Below, piece by piece: positions 50,790 to 64,000 of a stretch of 64,000 bases of DNA. Made by a program: the position numbers and the translations under genes. The notes under the pieces are model-generated. The model was not told where the DNA came from. It did no database searches and saw nothing but the letters and a program-made list of their open reading frames with translations. Positions within the stretch are counted from its first letter, which is position 1; every line of letters begins with the position of its first letter. The stretch lies in the NCBI RefSeq assembly GCF_006345805.1, contig NC_043026.1, positions 7,006,001 to 7,070,000 of the forward strand. Reading direction: 5' to 3'. This DNA is from Octopus sinensis. Lineage: Eukaryota.

Positions 50790-50818
50790 ACACACACCAC
50801 ACACACACACACAACATA

Positions 50819-50849
<31 letters not shown>

Positions 50850-50870
50850 CAGAGAGAGAGAGAGAGAGAT
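50270..50870. repeat. CA/TA compound microsatellite
   Basis: Directly visible. Confidence 0.92.
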
Positions 50871-51299
50871 GTGTTGTTTTATATGTGTGTGTGTATATAC
50901 AAAGTGTGGAACCCCTGGAATGTTCCACTACACTCCTTTAAATAGTCAAAAACCTACACGCCCGAGTTCACATATTCCTATATGAACACAACAGAGATAA
51001 TTATATACACATACGCATAACTTTATTCTTTTACTTGTTTCAGTCATTTGACTGTGGCCATGCTGGAGCACCACCTTCAGTTGAACGAAATCAACCCCAG
51101 GACTTGTTCTTTGTAAGCCTAGGACTTATTCTAGCAATCTCACAGAACTGCTAAGTTTATGGGGACAAACACACCAACATCGGTTGTCAAGCGATGTTGG
51201 GGGGACAAATAGAGACACACAAACATATATATATGTAGGGCTTCTTCCAGTTTCTGTCTAGCAAATTCATTCACAGATGCAATTCTTGGCAGGCAAGCT

Positions 51300-51590
51300 T
51301 AGGAGTGTCCCCTTCATGGTGGACACGTGACTGTGTACTTGTAGTGACATCCACTCAGGTTGATTTTAGTCAGCGCTGACCAATGCTGTATTCGTTCCTC
51401 GTGAATACTGACCCCCATCATTCCAGCAGGTCCAAAAATCCTGCTAGCAAATTTGACAGATGCCCCACAGGGAGAGCAAGCATGTTGGACAGCAAGGATG
51501 CTATAGCCATAGTTGTTATTCGGTGTGGAGGTCCTGTTTGGAGTCCCAATGGGAAAACAAATTCACATGTGGCTCTCTGGTCACATTCAT
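51300..51590 (-). repeat. Second copy of the unclassified repeat at 15585-15860
   Basis: atgtgaccagagagccacatgtgaa...cttgctctccc..gcatctgtcaa shared. Confidence 0.6.
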
Positions 51591-52175
51591 ACATTTTGGA
51601 AATGGTATGATACGTAGCAGCTCGTCTTGCTGCCGATTGGGTTGATCATCCCAGAGAATTCACTGACCAAGTTGCCACTGATTATCAGAGCAGATGTACC
51701 CTGGGTGTGTGCATGTATGTGTGTGTCTGTGTGTCACACCAGTGTTGGTTTGTTTGCCTCCCCTGTAACTTAGCGGTTGGGCAAAAGAGATTGTAGAATA
51801 AGTACCAGGCTTAAAAATAAGTTCTGGGGTTGATTTATTCAGTTAGACCCTTAAAGGAATAAACACTTTGGGACAGTGTGATCTGCAGCAAATCACAGCC
51901 GATTATCGGAGCAGACACAGCCAGTGTCTGAAGTGGGTGGCACATATTCTAGTTAACCCCCAACTGGGACCCTAACAGGGGTTAATAACCCAGGTCAGGT
52001 GGGGGGGTGTACCCTTTGTGTTCATTGGTTTTTAAACACTGACCTCCTGTTGGTGTCCACCATAAAAGGCTATCTGGTCATCCTGACATTTCTTACTATG
52101 TTACACAATCTTTGTGAGCCAAAGAGCCCCTTATATGCTCCCAGTTCCCTGTATGTAACAGGTTTGGGATAATAA

Positions 52176-52407
52176 GGCGGTGAGCTGGCAGAAACGTTAG
52201 CATGCCGGGCAAAATGCTTTGCGGTATTTCATCTGCCATTACGCTCTGAGTTCAAATTTCGCCGAGGTCGACTTTGCCTTTCATCTTTTCGGGATCGATA
52301 AATTAAGTACCAGTTATGCACTGGGGTCGATGTAATCAACTTAATCCGTGTGTCTGTCCTTGTTTGTCCCCTTTATGTTTAGCCCCTTGTGGGTAGTAAA
52401 GAAATGG
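52176..52407 (+). mobile_element. SINE family B, long tail
   Basis: ggcggtgagctggcagaaacgttagc ... gggtagtaaagaaat. Confidence 0.88.
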
Positions 52408-53769
52408 GTTTGGGATATTTGTTCAATATCCTGGCAGATGATCTCATCTGGATACAACGAAGGTTTTGGTGATAGGAAAAGGCTTCCAGCTGTAGAAAAA
52501 CTCATCTGACACATGCAAGCAAGGAAAACTAGATGTTAAAACAATGACGACGTTGACAACTCGTGCCCAGCCTCCACAACGCCCAACTCCCTTTCCCTGG
52601 TTCTGAAGTAACAGAGTATTAAAACCACAGTGCATGGTTCTCACAAAACTGTGGGCCCCCAACACACACTAACTTCTATGGATCACTTACAGACCCCATC
52701 ATTTCCTGGTCTGGTGGCAGATCAAGGGACCTGCAGGATCACCTGACTTTTCAACATGTAATTATTTCCTTTGGGGTGTGGGTTACCACAAAGAGAAGTC
52801 AGTTGTGAATAGACCATACACACCTGGGGCATTGACCCATTTTATCCCAATGCTTACAACTGTAGGCTTTGCCTATTATCACAGAACAGGTTGTCAACAT
52901 GTAGTAGTAATAGTAGTAGTATGGAAGGTATGCACTGTAACAACGCATTGCCACATCCACCATTTCTTGGTGATTCCCCCACTCCTGGTGGGTGACACCT
53001 TTGCACTATCCAGGCGACAACCCTGCAACCCAGGGGTCTGTTTGGGGAGTCGTTGCTGGTGAAGGCTTTACAAGGTCACAGTGCAGATCTGACCTCGACC
53101 TCTTTTCGCTGCCTTTTACAAAACAGAGAGGAAACATTGCTGGTATTCTTTAACAGTGTGACACACTGACACACATATTTATATATAGGGCTATTCAATT
53201 CAGTTTTCGCAGAAAATCAGATTATTTCGGTTGCTTAAATATCTTTTTGTTTGGTTGTTAACTTGAAAAAAAAAACCGCAAAACAAAAATGTGAAAAGTA
53301 TTTTTCCTTTTTATAAAATATGACAGGTACAGGCAGGATTGTGTGGTAAGAAGCCTTCTTCCCAACCGCATGGTTCTAGGTTCAGTCCCACAATGTGGCA
53401 CCATGGCCGAGTGTCTCCTGCTATGGCCTCAGACCAACCAAAGCCTTGTGAGTCGATTTTATAGACAGAAACTGAATGAAGCCCGTTTGTGTGTGTGTGC
53501 CCCCACCACTGTTTGACAACCGGTGTTGGTGTGTTTACATCCCCATTCAAGCAAGAATTCTTCGATTGGTGTCCCAGCATGGTCGCAGTCCAGTGAATGA
53601 AACAAGTCAAAGGTAAAAGATGTGTTTTTCTTTATGTGATGGTGTACAAGCAACAGATATGTTCAGAGTTGCAATACAGAGTTGTAATTGTCCCATTTTG
53701 AACCTTGTATCATGCCAAGGGCCACAAATGTAGATCCTCAAAAAAAAAAAAAACAGCAGTCCCCTTAAT

Positions 53770-54440
53770 TCAATGAAGCAGAAATTTCACCATTGGCACG
53801 TAAAGAGCCCTTTTCGAGCATTGGGCCTCAGGCAGACAATGGACAAACGACTGTGACTTTTGGCAATGTGCCATGCTTGAGAAGAGGATCCATCAAGTTG
53901 TGGCAGATACTGGTGTCACACAAGTGGAACCCATGCCGGTGGCACGTAAAAACATCCATTGCACTCTCAGAGGGGTTGTTGTTAGGGAAGGGCATCCAGC
54001 CCCAGAAACCATGTTAAATTGTTAAATCACACAGGAGTCTGGTGCAGCCCCTCGGCTTACCAGCCCTGGTCAGACTGTCTGACCCATGCCAACATGGACA
54101 TCATCATCATCATCATCGTTTTACATCCGCCTTCCATGCTGGCATGGGTTGGACGGTTTGACAGGAGCTGGCCAGGTAGAAGACTGCACCAGACTTCTGT
54201 GTTTGTTTTGGCAAGGTTTTTACAGCTGGATGTCCTTCCAAATGCCAACCACTAAAGTGTGGATTGGGTGCTTTTTAAGTGGCACCTATACTGACAGGGT
54301 CACCAAGTAACTGGCAAGACAAAGAGCCTTTGAGAGGGGAGGGGCATTGGAGGAGGTGATCTTGTGTCAGATGATGAAAGGTTAGAGTGAGACAGAGAGA
54401 CAGAAACAGGTGTCTTACTGTAGAAAAGAGACATGGTTAC
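53770..54440. mobile_element. Tail-to-tail pair of family C elements
   Basis: Plus copy ends near 54098; minus copy begins with (atc)n at ~54099-54117. Confidence 0.75.
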
Positions 54441-54863
54441 CCAACTGGAGCAGGCTTTGAAGAAAACAAAAACACAAAAAACAAAATGAAGTACTGAGAT
54501 TGATTCATTTGGCTAAAATTTCTTTGGCACGGTGCTCCACCATGGCCACAGTCTAATGACAAACAAACAAAAGATTAAAAGAATGTCAGTAGATGTAGGT
54601 TATTAACAACCCTTATTGTTTAAACACAGACAACAATGCGTTCCATTTATAAAAAATCTCGGTAACACACAAGGAACTGTTAATTTTAGTCTTGAAATGA
54701 CGCCTTCCACTTGCTTGCCATTGTTTCACAGACATACTTGTGGACCAGGCTGGAGCTTGTTGAGAGATTTTGCTCTTATACCTTCACAAGCAATAGCATT
54801 TGGTTAACCCCCAAGATTTTTGATGATGATGATGATATATATATAAATATATATATATGTATA

Positions 54864-55241
54864 CTAGCAGTCTCGCCCCGCGTTGCTCGGGTTTGTTCCA
54901 ACCCTTAAGAATTGGAATTTTTGAAAAGTATAAATTCTGCGTTATGTAGCTTGTTATTCTCTTTAAGTGAAAATTTTTCTGGTTGAAATACACTGAAAAA
55001 TGGCGAGACAGCAGTCAAAAAATTGTAAAAAATAGGGATTTTCATAGAAAAGAAGCACCTTTTTGATGTAAATAATTTTCGGTGTTAACATGGTCTGATT
55101 TGAATTTTTTCTTCTACGGAATGAAGAGCAAGCCTTCTTCTATCATACTCTCAATTTTGGTCAACTTGTGCCGCAGGGTCTCGGAGGAGATAGTGTAAGT
55201 TGAAGGCTACCAAACCTGCCACACACAGACAACTTCAGCTT

Positions 55242-55260
<19 letters not shown>
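54864..55260 (-). mobile_element. Non-autonomous Helitron, same family as 43373-43781
   Basis: Reverse complement match; CTAG end and hairpin cccgagcaacgcgggg. Confidence 0.82.
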
Positions 55261-55279
<19 letters not shown>

Positions 55280-55389
55280 ATATATATATTATTTATTACA
55301 AGTAATACATTGCTCTTTTATTATCTGTGGTCAGTTGCCATGGCTAGGACCGTTCAGGGATTTGGTAATGGTTTGATAAAGCTTTCTCC

Positions 55390-55700
55390 ATACTATCTGG
55401 TTTTTCCCTTGGGTTTGCCATTTATTATGACCCAATTCCTTTTTACAATATCCTTAAATCTCATTCTAGGTCTTCCATGGTAACTTTCCCCCCTGGGAGT
55501 AAAAGATTTGTCCAGGGAATCTGCTGTTGTCCATCCTGTGTACGTGACCCAGCCAACATAAATTTCTCTCAACAAAGGTTTCCATAACAGGATGCAGACC
55601 AGTTCATCCCTTCATCCCTAAATCTGCCGGTCAAAAGGTAAAGATCCGCCTGGCCAGAAAGAAAGAGGCCAGGCTTCAAACCTACACAAGTCCACAGCAA
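55390..55700 (-). mobile_element. RTE/BovB-like LINE remnant
   Basis: GRPRMRFKDIVKRN motif. Confidence 0.6.
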
Positions 55701-55717
55701 CGCTTCTGTTTCATGCT

Positions 55718-55924
55718 TAACCCTCTCATTACCATTCCTCTGTTGGAATCCTTGGCCTTTGTTTTAACGAATTTTGAAAATAAAGAAGAATTTAGCAGAA
55801 AAACTTTGCCATTATTAATCTGGTGTTTGGAACATAAGGAATTTCGATCCTTTTAAAAAAAGAGGAAGTTTGCATTATAGAACCAGGATGGTAGTCTCTG
55901 GTAGATTGGTATCAAAATGGTTAA
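55718..55924. mobile_element. TTAA-flanked MITE family 2
   Basis: ttaaccct ... ggtatcaaaatggttaa. Confidence 0.65.
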
Positions 55925-56007
55925 CCACAGACTGGTCCTGGATCTTAATCTTTCACTTACCATATTTCGGCTAAAATCCTCCGCCTTTGTTTTAAGTTTG
56001 AAAATAA

Positions 56008-56470
56008 CTCTACTCTCTCCAGCATCGCCGTGAGCGGTACATCGTATGATGTGGAGAATATACCGCCAACTTTGCCCAAACAACCTGAACATTAGCTTCA
56101 AGGTTCATCCAAGCCTGGGACCATGGGCCATACGTCCCCTGCCCAATTCAAGATCACAGCATACATGTACACTGCAACATAATTTCTTTTCCTCAACAGG
56201 CCTTTCCCTATTTAACATTGTCCCGAAAGAGATCAAAGAGGAAAAGGATCCCATCAACTTTAAACGGAGTCTGGATAGATTCCTTCAAGGAATACCAGAT
56301 AAGCCACCCATAATTGGATACAACTCACCCAACAAAAACTCACTACTTGAATGGACCATTAACAAAACTTGACTTGAACAGGATTCGAATAATCCTACCA
56401 GGTGAGTGCTATTAAGTTAGACAAGGCCTGGACCAATCTTTGGTCAAAACATATCTAAGTTTATCTAAGT
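56008..56470 (+). mobile_element. CR1/L2-group LINE 3' end, nested in another family 2 MITE
   Basis: LYSLQHRRERY...LFNIVPKEI...FKRSLDRFLQGIPDKP...NSLLEW-stop; MITE sequence resumes after 56470. Confidence 0.75.
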
Positions 56471-56579
56471 CTAATGAAGAATTCAGAAAAACAAACTGGT
56501 CACCAGTGAATTGGTGTTTGGGACATAAACATGAAATTTTGAAGGAAGGTTCTAATTTAAAACAGAAAGCTAAACAACA

Positions 56580-57475
56580 AAGAACAACACATTGGATAAT
56601 GTAATCCTAGATACACTAGGTTTGAATAAAAAGACAGGATGGTCACAGCTGGAACACTTTTGATCATAGGTCTTACTGGATCAGGACAAGCTTAGGGCTA
56701 AGCAACACAAGGAACAACATTTTAGATAATGTAGTCCAAGATACACTATGCCTGAATAAAAGACAAGATGGTCATATCTGGAACATCTTTGTTCATAGAT
56801 CTATTGAATCAGTACTGACCTAGGGCTAAACGACACATTTTATATGATCACAGATCTTCCACGCAGGTGATGGGCATGGCTGGAATATTTTTTACTATAG
56901 CTGCACTTAATCATTGTGATTGAACAAGAACACATTAAATCAGTCAGCAGGATGAAGACGACCTAGGGTTAAATATCCATAACAAGGAATTATACATTAG
57001 ATAATGTAGTCCGAGATACACTATGCCTGAATAGAAGATGAGATGGCCACAGCTGGAACGTCTCAGATCATAAGCCTACTGAATCAGGACTGACTCAGGG
57101 TCACACAACAACAAGGAAGGACACATTAGATAATGTAGTCCGAGATACACTATGCCTGAATAGAAGATGAGATGGCCACAGCTGATGCCTCTTTGATCAT
57201 AGGTCTGTTGGCACAGGACTGACCTGGGGCTAAACAGCAACACGAGATAATGTAGTCCTAGATACACTATGTCAGAATAAAAAAGACAGGATCGCCATAA
57301 GTGGAACATCTTAGGATACGAGTCAGGTGGATCGGGACAGACCCGGGGCTAAACAAAACAACAAGGAAGGATGCTTGCAGCCCTAGATAAGACACGGTGG
57401 TCACGCTTCAATGCCTTTCAAGGGTCTCTCAAATCAGGGTCGACTTCGGAGGAAAGGGGACTAAACTACACATCA
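56580..57475 (+). repeat. Degenerate tandem array of ~125-bp unit (about 7)
   Basis: gataatgtagtcc.agatacactatgcctgaata repeated; the units near 56995 and 57123 are nearly identical. Confidence 0.85.
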
Positions 57476-57789
57476 TCTCCACCCCACCCCAATCACTCCT
57501 TTTACTGCCCTTCGTCTCTCCCGCTTTCTATTACTCTCTACCCCTCTTCCTATTCATCCCCCCCCCTTTTATCTATATATCCTCTCCTCCTCCCCATCGC
57601 CCTCCCTTAATATACAAACACATCCCTCTCCACCCACCCTTCCACCCCGGATAATGCTAATAATATTTTCTTAGTTTTTTTTTGTTTTCTTGATGGCAAC
57701 CTTTAATGATTTTAATCACAACACTTCGTCCTTCTCCTTTCCTTTTGTCACACACACGATCCAGAAACGGGTTCCGATCGATATACATA

Positions 57790-58545
<756 letters not shown>

Positions 58546-58823
58546 TGTATGCTGTGGATATCAAGAGAAATCGACCTCGGTCATATGATTATAATTGCGA
58601 CGAAAGACAAAAAGATACGGAAGTCCTGAATGAACCCACCTGAGCACAAACATACGTGTGTGTGTGTGTGTGTGTTGTTGTGTGTATAGACACACACACA
58701 AATATATACATACATAAGACATTTATACGCACATGCAAGACGCACGATGCATTTTATGCGTATAATATATGTAAATATATACGCACACACGATTTCACAT
58801 CAGGAATCTTGCAAAACGAATAC

Positions 58824-58884
<61 letters not shown>

Positions 58885-58987
58885 CAGATAAACTGTATAG
58901 CTGTAGTACAAACATACACAATATATACACACACAACCACAAAGTGTATAGCTGTATGTACATAGATACTATATATATAGATAGATA

Positions 58988-61247
58988 TGTTTTTATTAGC
59001 CACACAGGGCTGCACACAGATAGAACAAATTACAAGGTAGAGCTTTTCTTTGAAGGTTTAAAAAAAAAAAAAATAATAATAATAATAATAATAAAATAAA
59101 AAATAAAATAAAATAAAAAAGGGGGGTCGATCAAAAGGGATCGTAAAAGGAGGGAAGGAGGACAAAAAAAGGGGGGGTTAAAAAAAATAAGGGGGAGAGG
59201 AAAAAAAATTGATCAATAGGGATCGTTATCACAGAAATGTCAATATGAAGTGTAAAGGGGAGGACAGGTGAGGTTTACCCGTGGAAAGAAAAGCCTACGG
59301 AAAAGACCACGGTAACCTCGGTCAATGAAGTCACATGTTATATATTTTTTTTTTTTTTGCAAATAAGCAACTCTCTGTATTAATTTTTACGGTCATAGAA
59401 TCATAGTCAAGGTGGCTTCGTCATTCATACGTGCCATCCTTGCTACATTCAACCATCTTTTTTTTAAACATTCACTAGACAAAAACTTGCCTCTCTACTC
59501 TCACTTTTTTCTTCAAGTGATACTTGAAGAAGTTGATGAGAGATTGACCAGAGAGGAAAGTGTTTGTCTCTAATCCTTTCAGACGCGTCCACCAGATACA
59601 TTCTTTCGCCATAGCCACAAGTATGATAAAAATAGCTCTTCCTTCCCGTTTGAAGGAAGGAGGCGTGACGATATTAACGATAGACTCGGCGGATAAACCG
59701 ACACGTCCCACACGTGACAGCAGTCGTTCGACATAAGCCCACAGGTGGGAAATTGCTGGACACTGCACGATTGCGTGCAGAGCGGTTCGTCGCTCTGCCC
59801 GCATCTCGGGCAGGCCGGCCCCGTGTTCTCGAGCCATGCCTATAGAGCTTATCCCGAACGGGTAGCGCTTCTCGGTAGCACCGCCAGGCCGAAAGTCGTT
59901 TGAAACAGGCGGGTCAGGTTTTCCTCGTCGACGCCCAGGTTTGCCCCGAGCTCGTCGTCGTACCTCCCCTCCACTAATCCCTATAGAATGCTTTGGTTGT
60001 GTTGAAGTCACTCAAGGTCGACCCGGGACGACAGAGTTGCTTGAGAGCAACGCGACACTCGCGTGGTGCCATTCGCCCTTCTTCGGCCTCTTTTTGATCC
60101 ACGACTGTAGTTCGGTCATGGAGACGAGTTGCGGGAATGCGTGCCTCACAAACGGCGACCACACCTGTTCACCGTCGTCTACATAGAGCCGGAGATGTCG
60201 CAGTCTCAGCGCGTGTCTGCGCATCATCATCAACCACGGCATGCCCAGCCCTCCTTTTAACGGGTGTTGACAGCAAATGGATCGCCTGACCATCGGGACG
60301 CATCCTTTCCACAAGAAGCGGAAGAGGATGCGTTCTAGTTTGGTGATGGTAGGGTCGGGACAAGGTACGACGGTCAGAGGGTAGTAGATGATGGACGCGA
60401 TGTACGCGTTCACCACCTCCGCCCGACCTTTTAGGGACAGTTTCCTCTCGGCCCATTGCTGGGCGAGAGTGACCACCCTACTCGTTATCTCATTCCAGTT
60501 CTTCTCCATTTGGAGGTCCGGACCGAACCAGACCCCGAGCAACTCAACCGGGCCGTCTGTCCAGCGTCCCACGACGGAGGTACTGGTGGACGGCATGGAT
60601 TTGCTTCTCCAGGTGCCGAGCCGCAAGCCCACTGACTTTTCCCGGTTGATTTTTGCTCCTGTCACCGCTTCGTAGTCTTTCAGTGTCTCGCCGACCCGCT
60701 CGATGTGCTCGTGGCTTGACACTATGACGGTGACGTCGTCCGCGTATGCAGACACGCTCGTCCCGCATCCTAATTCTCGCGCGATGCCCCTCAGAGTCGC
60801 CAGCTTCCGCAGTAGTGGCTCAAGAGTCAATACGTATAGAAGCGCCGAGAGGGGGCATCCCTGACGGACCGAACGTGCAATGTCGAAGGGTCTCGATAGA
60901 TGTCCATTTACGCGAATTACCGAACGGATGCCTCTGTACAAGGCAGCTATCCAGCCGCGGAAGACGGGACCGAAACCAGCCGCTCTCAGGACTGCCTCCA
61001 AGTATCAGGGCCCCACCCATGCCAGGTTCGTTAACTACCCTGTCTATGATGTAGCGCATCAGATGGAGGTTGTCATGGATGCTCCGGCCCGGCACGGCGC
61101 ACGTTTGTGCGTTGTCGACCAGTTTCTCCATGACAAGCGCCAACCTCTTGGCTAACACCTTTGTCAAAATTTTCAGGTCTGCATTGAGCAGAGTGATTGG
61201 CCTAAAGTTATCTATAATGTTTCCCTTGTTTGGATCTTTCTTCAGCA
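58988..61247 (-). mobile_element. 5'-truncated L1/Tx1-like non-LTR retrotransposon (RT pseudogene)
   Basis: NFRPITLLNADLKIL, RQGCPLS, YADD, C-terminal CPRC..H..C knuckle, AATAAA at the 3' end; broken by deletions and frameshifts near 61003, 60011 and 59890. Confidence 0.9.
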
Positions 61248-61285
61248 ATAGATAGATAGATAGATAGATACATACATACACACGC

Positions 61286-61485
61286 ACACCACATTACAGT
61301 AATCGCGGTTTATTATTTTAAGCTTACGTCAATTCCTCCGAGGTGTGTTGCATTTATAACAAGAAATATATACAAATTACAAAAATAATTTTAAAAATAT
61401 GCAGTGCAGTACTGTTTCTACTTCCCGGATTTTCACCTATCGCGGGGGTGGAATTGTAACGTAACACCCGCGATAATCGTGTACA
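61286..61485. mobile_element. Possible pogo/Tigger-like MITE remnant
   Basis: tacagtaatcgcggttt start and tatcgcgggggt...acacccgcgataa hairpin. Confidence 0.4.
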
Positions 61486-61625
61486 AACTCATTCCGCAGT
61501 AAATTTGAGAGAAAGAAAAAGCATGAGAGAGAGAGAGAGAGTCGACAAAAACAATTACAGACGTCCATATAAACACATCATAATACCCCAATTATATGTA
61601 TGTGTGTGTGTATATATATATAATA

Positions 61626-61683
<58 letters not shown>

Positions 61684-61693
61684 CTAGCAAAAA

Positions 61694-61731
61694 CTGTCCG
61701 ACGAACGGCAACGGGAAACTCAGAGTAACAG
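61694..61731 (+). ncRNA. Minimal hammerhead, same family as 31530-31567 (fragment ~61685-61765)
   Basis: ctgt CCGACGA acg gcaa cgg GAAAC tcaga GT A acag; (TA)n on both sides. Confidence 0.72.
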
Positions 61732-61760
61732 GTTTTGTTGAATTTTCTCCTGCTTTAAAT

Positions 61761-61791
<31 letters not shown>

Positions 61792-62174
61792 AGATAGATC
61801 TTGTTTCAGTCATTGGACTGCGGCCATGCTGGGGCACCGCCTTGAAGAATCTTTAGCCAAATGAATCGGTCCCAGAATTAATATTTTTCTAAAGCCTGGT
61901 ACTTATTTTATCAGTCTCTTTTGCCGAACTGCTATGTACCTAAACTTTGGTGCCCCACACCCATTTCATATTACCCTGTCAACTCGTATAATGTACGCAT
62001 ACATGCGAGTGTATATCGATGCACACATGCATAAATAATATACGTATACTTGCATGTTTGTGTGTGTATATACATGTAATGAATCTATGCATATATGTGC
62101 ACACAGCTATACTTGTATGTGCAGCAGTAATCCCTTGCCATATTGTGGGTCACTTATTGCAGTTTACTATTTAC

Positions 62175-62456
62175 GCTTATGTAGGTTCCTCTGTGGGCCA
62201 GTTTCCCAGTTTCCTTGGCGTATAGGTTCTCCACCTGGATGGGACGCCAGTCCTTCGCAGGTGAGCTGCAAGATGCAGGAGGCAAGAGTGAAAGTTGTGG
62301 TAAAAGAGTCAGCAGAAGTTCGCCATTACCTTCTGCCGGAGCCGCGTGCAGCGTAGGTGTTTCGCTCATAAACATACACATCGCCTGGTCTGAGATTCGA
62401 ACCTGCGATCCCTCGACCACGAGTCTGCTGCTCTAACCACTAGGCCATGTGCCTCC
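62175..62456 (-). mobile_element. tRNA-derived SINE family D
   Basis: Head ggaggcacatggcctagtggttagagc...ggttcgaatctc with clear A and B boxes, followed by a non-tRNA body. Confidence 0.75.
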
Positions 62457-63174
62457 ATACTTGGTGACTTGGTCAGTGTTGTGTCATGTAAAAAAGGGTA
62501 CCCTGTGCACCCTATAAAGTGGTTGGCATTAGGAAGGGCAACCAGCTGTAGAAACCAGGCCAGTATAGGCAACAAGGCTTGGTGCAGTCTTCCGGGTCGT
62601 CATCTCCTGTCAAACCGTCCAACCCATGCCAGCATGGAAAATGGACATTAAAAGACATTGACAATAGTCTCTCAACCCCTGGTACAGAACCACTGACCCC
62701 TCCTGCCTTTGTCAAATATAAACCCTGTCCTGATTTAGTCAGTTTTTCCTTCTCCCTTTTCTCTTGCAAAATACGTAGGGACCTCATTGGTGCCACATAA
62801 ATAAAAAGGCATATTCAATACTCTCTGTAATTGAACTCCCTACCTCATGATTGTGAGCCCAACACTAACCACTGAGCCATGCAAAACAAGAGAGGTGAGG
62901 GACCAACAAACGAGGTGTATTAATTAATCTGACACTCAAACATAAACCCAACTCAAGTATTTTGGAATTTTATATGAAAGAACAACATTCTACAGCAAAT
63001 TTCTATTTTGTCTGCCATTCCACAAATGCTGCCGACCGATATTCCTACAATGTAGAAATATGTATCCATTATTAATGAGAGAGAACGGCTACTATGAGAC
63101 TGAAAAAAAATAGCAGCATGAGGCATATCTACACTTTAGGGCCCCAGAGACATTTATTCTCTGATAAATTATTT

Positions 63175-63570
63175 GGTTGCAGCCATGCTGGGGAACCACC
63201 TTAAAGAGTTGTTTAGTTGAAATCAACCTCAAGGAAATTCTTTGTAAGCCTAATACTTATTCTATCAGTCTCTTTTGTCAAGCCACTAAGTTATAGAGAC
63301 ATAAACACACCAACATCGGTTGTGAAGTGATGGTGGGGAGGCAAAAACAAAGACACACACAAACATATGTGTGTGTGTATGAAAATATATATATATATAT
63401 ACACACACAATAGGCTTCTTTCCGTTTCCTTTCCATTAACCAAATCTACTCACAAGGATTTGGTCAGCCTGAGGCTGATAGTAAAAGACACTTGTTCAAG
63501 GTACCATGCAGCAGGACTGAACTTGGAACAATGTGGTTAGAAAGCAATCAACTTACCACACAGCCAGGTC
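63175..63570 (-). mobile_element. SINE family A, decayed full length
   Basis: Tail, internal microsatellite and head. Confidence 0.75.
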
Positions 63571-64000
63571 TGTGCAATTGTAAGAGAATTTTGAAGAAGC
63601 ACATTTAGGTGAGGGGGGTAGATTAGACTAAAATTCCTTTTAAAAAAAAACATGTTTTTTCCTAAATTTATCAGTGTAATCATAATCTACATCCTAGAAA
63701 CATCTCTCTGAAAAAACTTAATTAAAAAAATATGCATTCTTTTCAAGTTATGAAGGCATGAATTTGGTGGGGCATCAAACTGTAGTTATGCCCATGAATT
63801 CTCCACCAAAGCCACTATTTTTATTTCTATCTTTTGTCACTTCAAAGAGTTCTGAAGAGGCACAGACTTTGCCTGCGTTTTGGCTACAGGCTATGTGGGT
63901 GTTCCTGCTCCTATGCATAAATCAAGGTACCCGCTTCTCTCTTTTCCACAAACTCCATCAGAAACTGTTATAGGCGCAGGCGTGGCTGTGTGGTAAGAAG

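Noticed and set aside
62385-62456. Genuine tRNA gene
   Set aside because: A and B boxes are present, but the acceptor stem is not intact and the sequence runs into a SINE body; the same applies to 32657-32730.

Overview
Repeat-saturated metazoan non-coding DNA, most likely a cephalopod (Octopus-like). That assignment is recalled from the SINE and RTE families and was not verified by search. I found no recognisable host exon, rRNA, true tRNA or CRISPR array. Nearly all long ORFs in the track are translations of simple repeats. The window holds several tRNA-derived SINE families (labelled A-E here), remnants of RTE, CR1/L2-like and Tx1-like LINEs, Tc1/mariner, hAT-like and TTAA-flanked MITEs, two non-autonomous Helitrons, and many micro- and minisatellites. 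The main signal the ORF track does not explain is about a dozen minimal type I hammerhead ribozyme motifs of the Penelope-like element (PLE) type, from several sequence families, often beside (TA)n tracts or inside inverted repeats. The most unusual is a TSD-flanked PLE fragment (32260-32890) ordered as GIY-YIG C-terminus, tRNA-like Pol III promoter, then hammerhead. Also notable are a six-unit SINE array inside one TSD, a Tx1-like element sitting in a (GATA)n tract, and a Pbx-Hox plus Meis motif pair in unique DNA. Coordinates were counted by hand, and TE boundaries are approximate unless a TSD or TIR is quoted.
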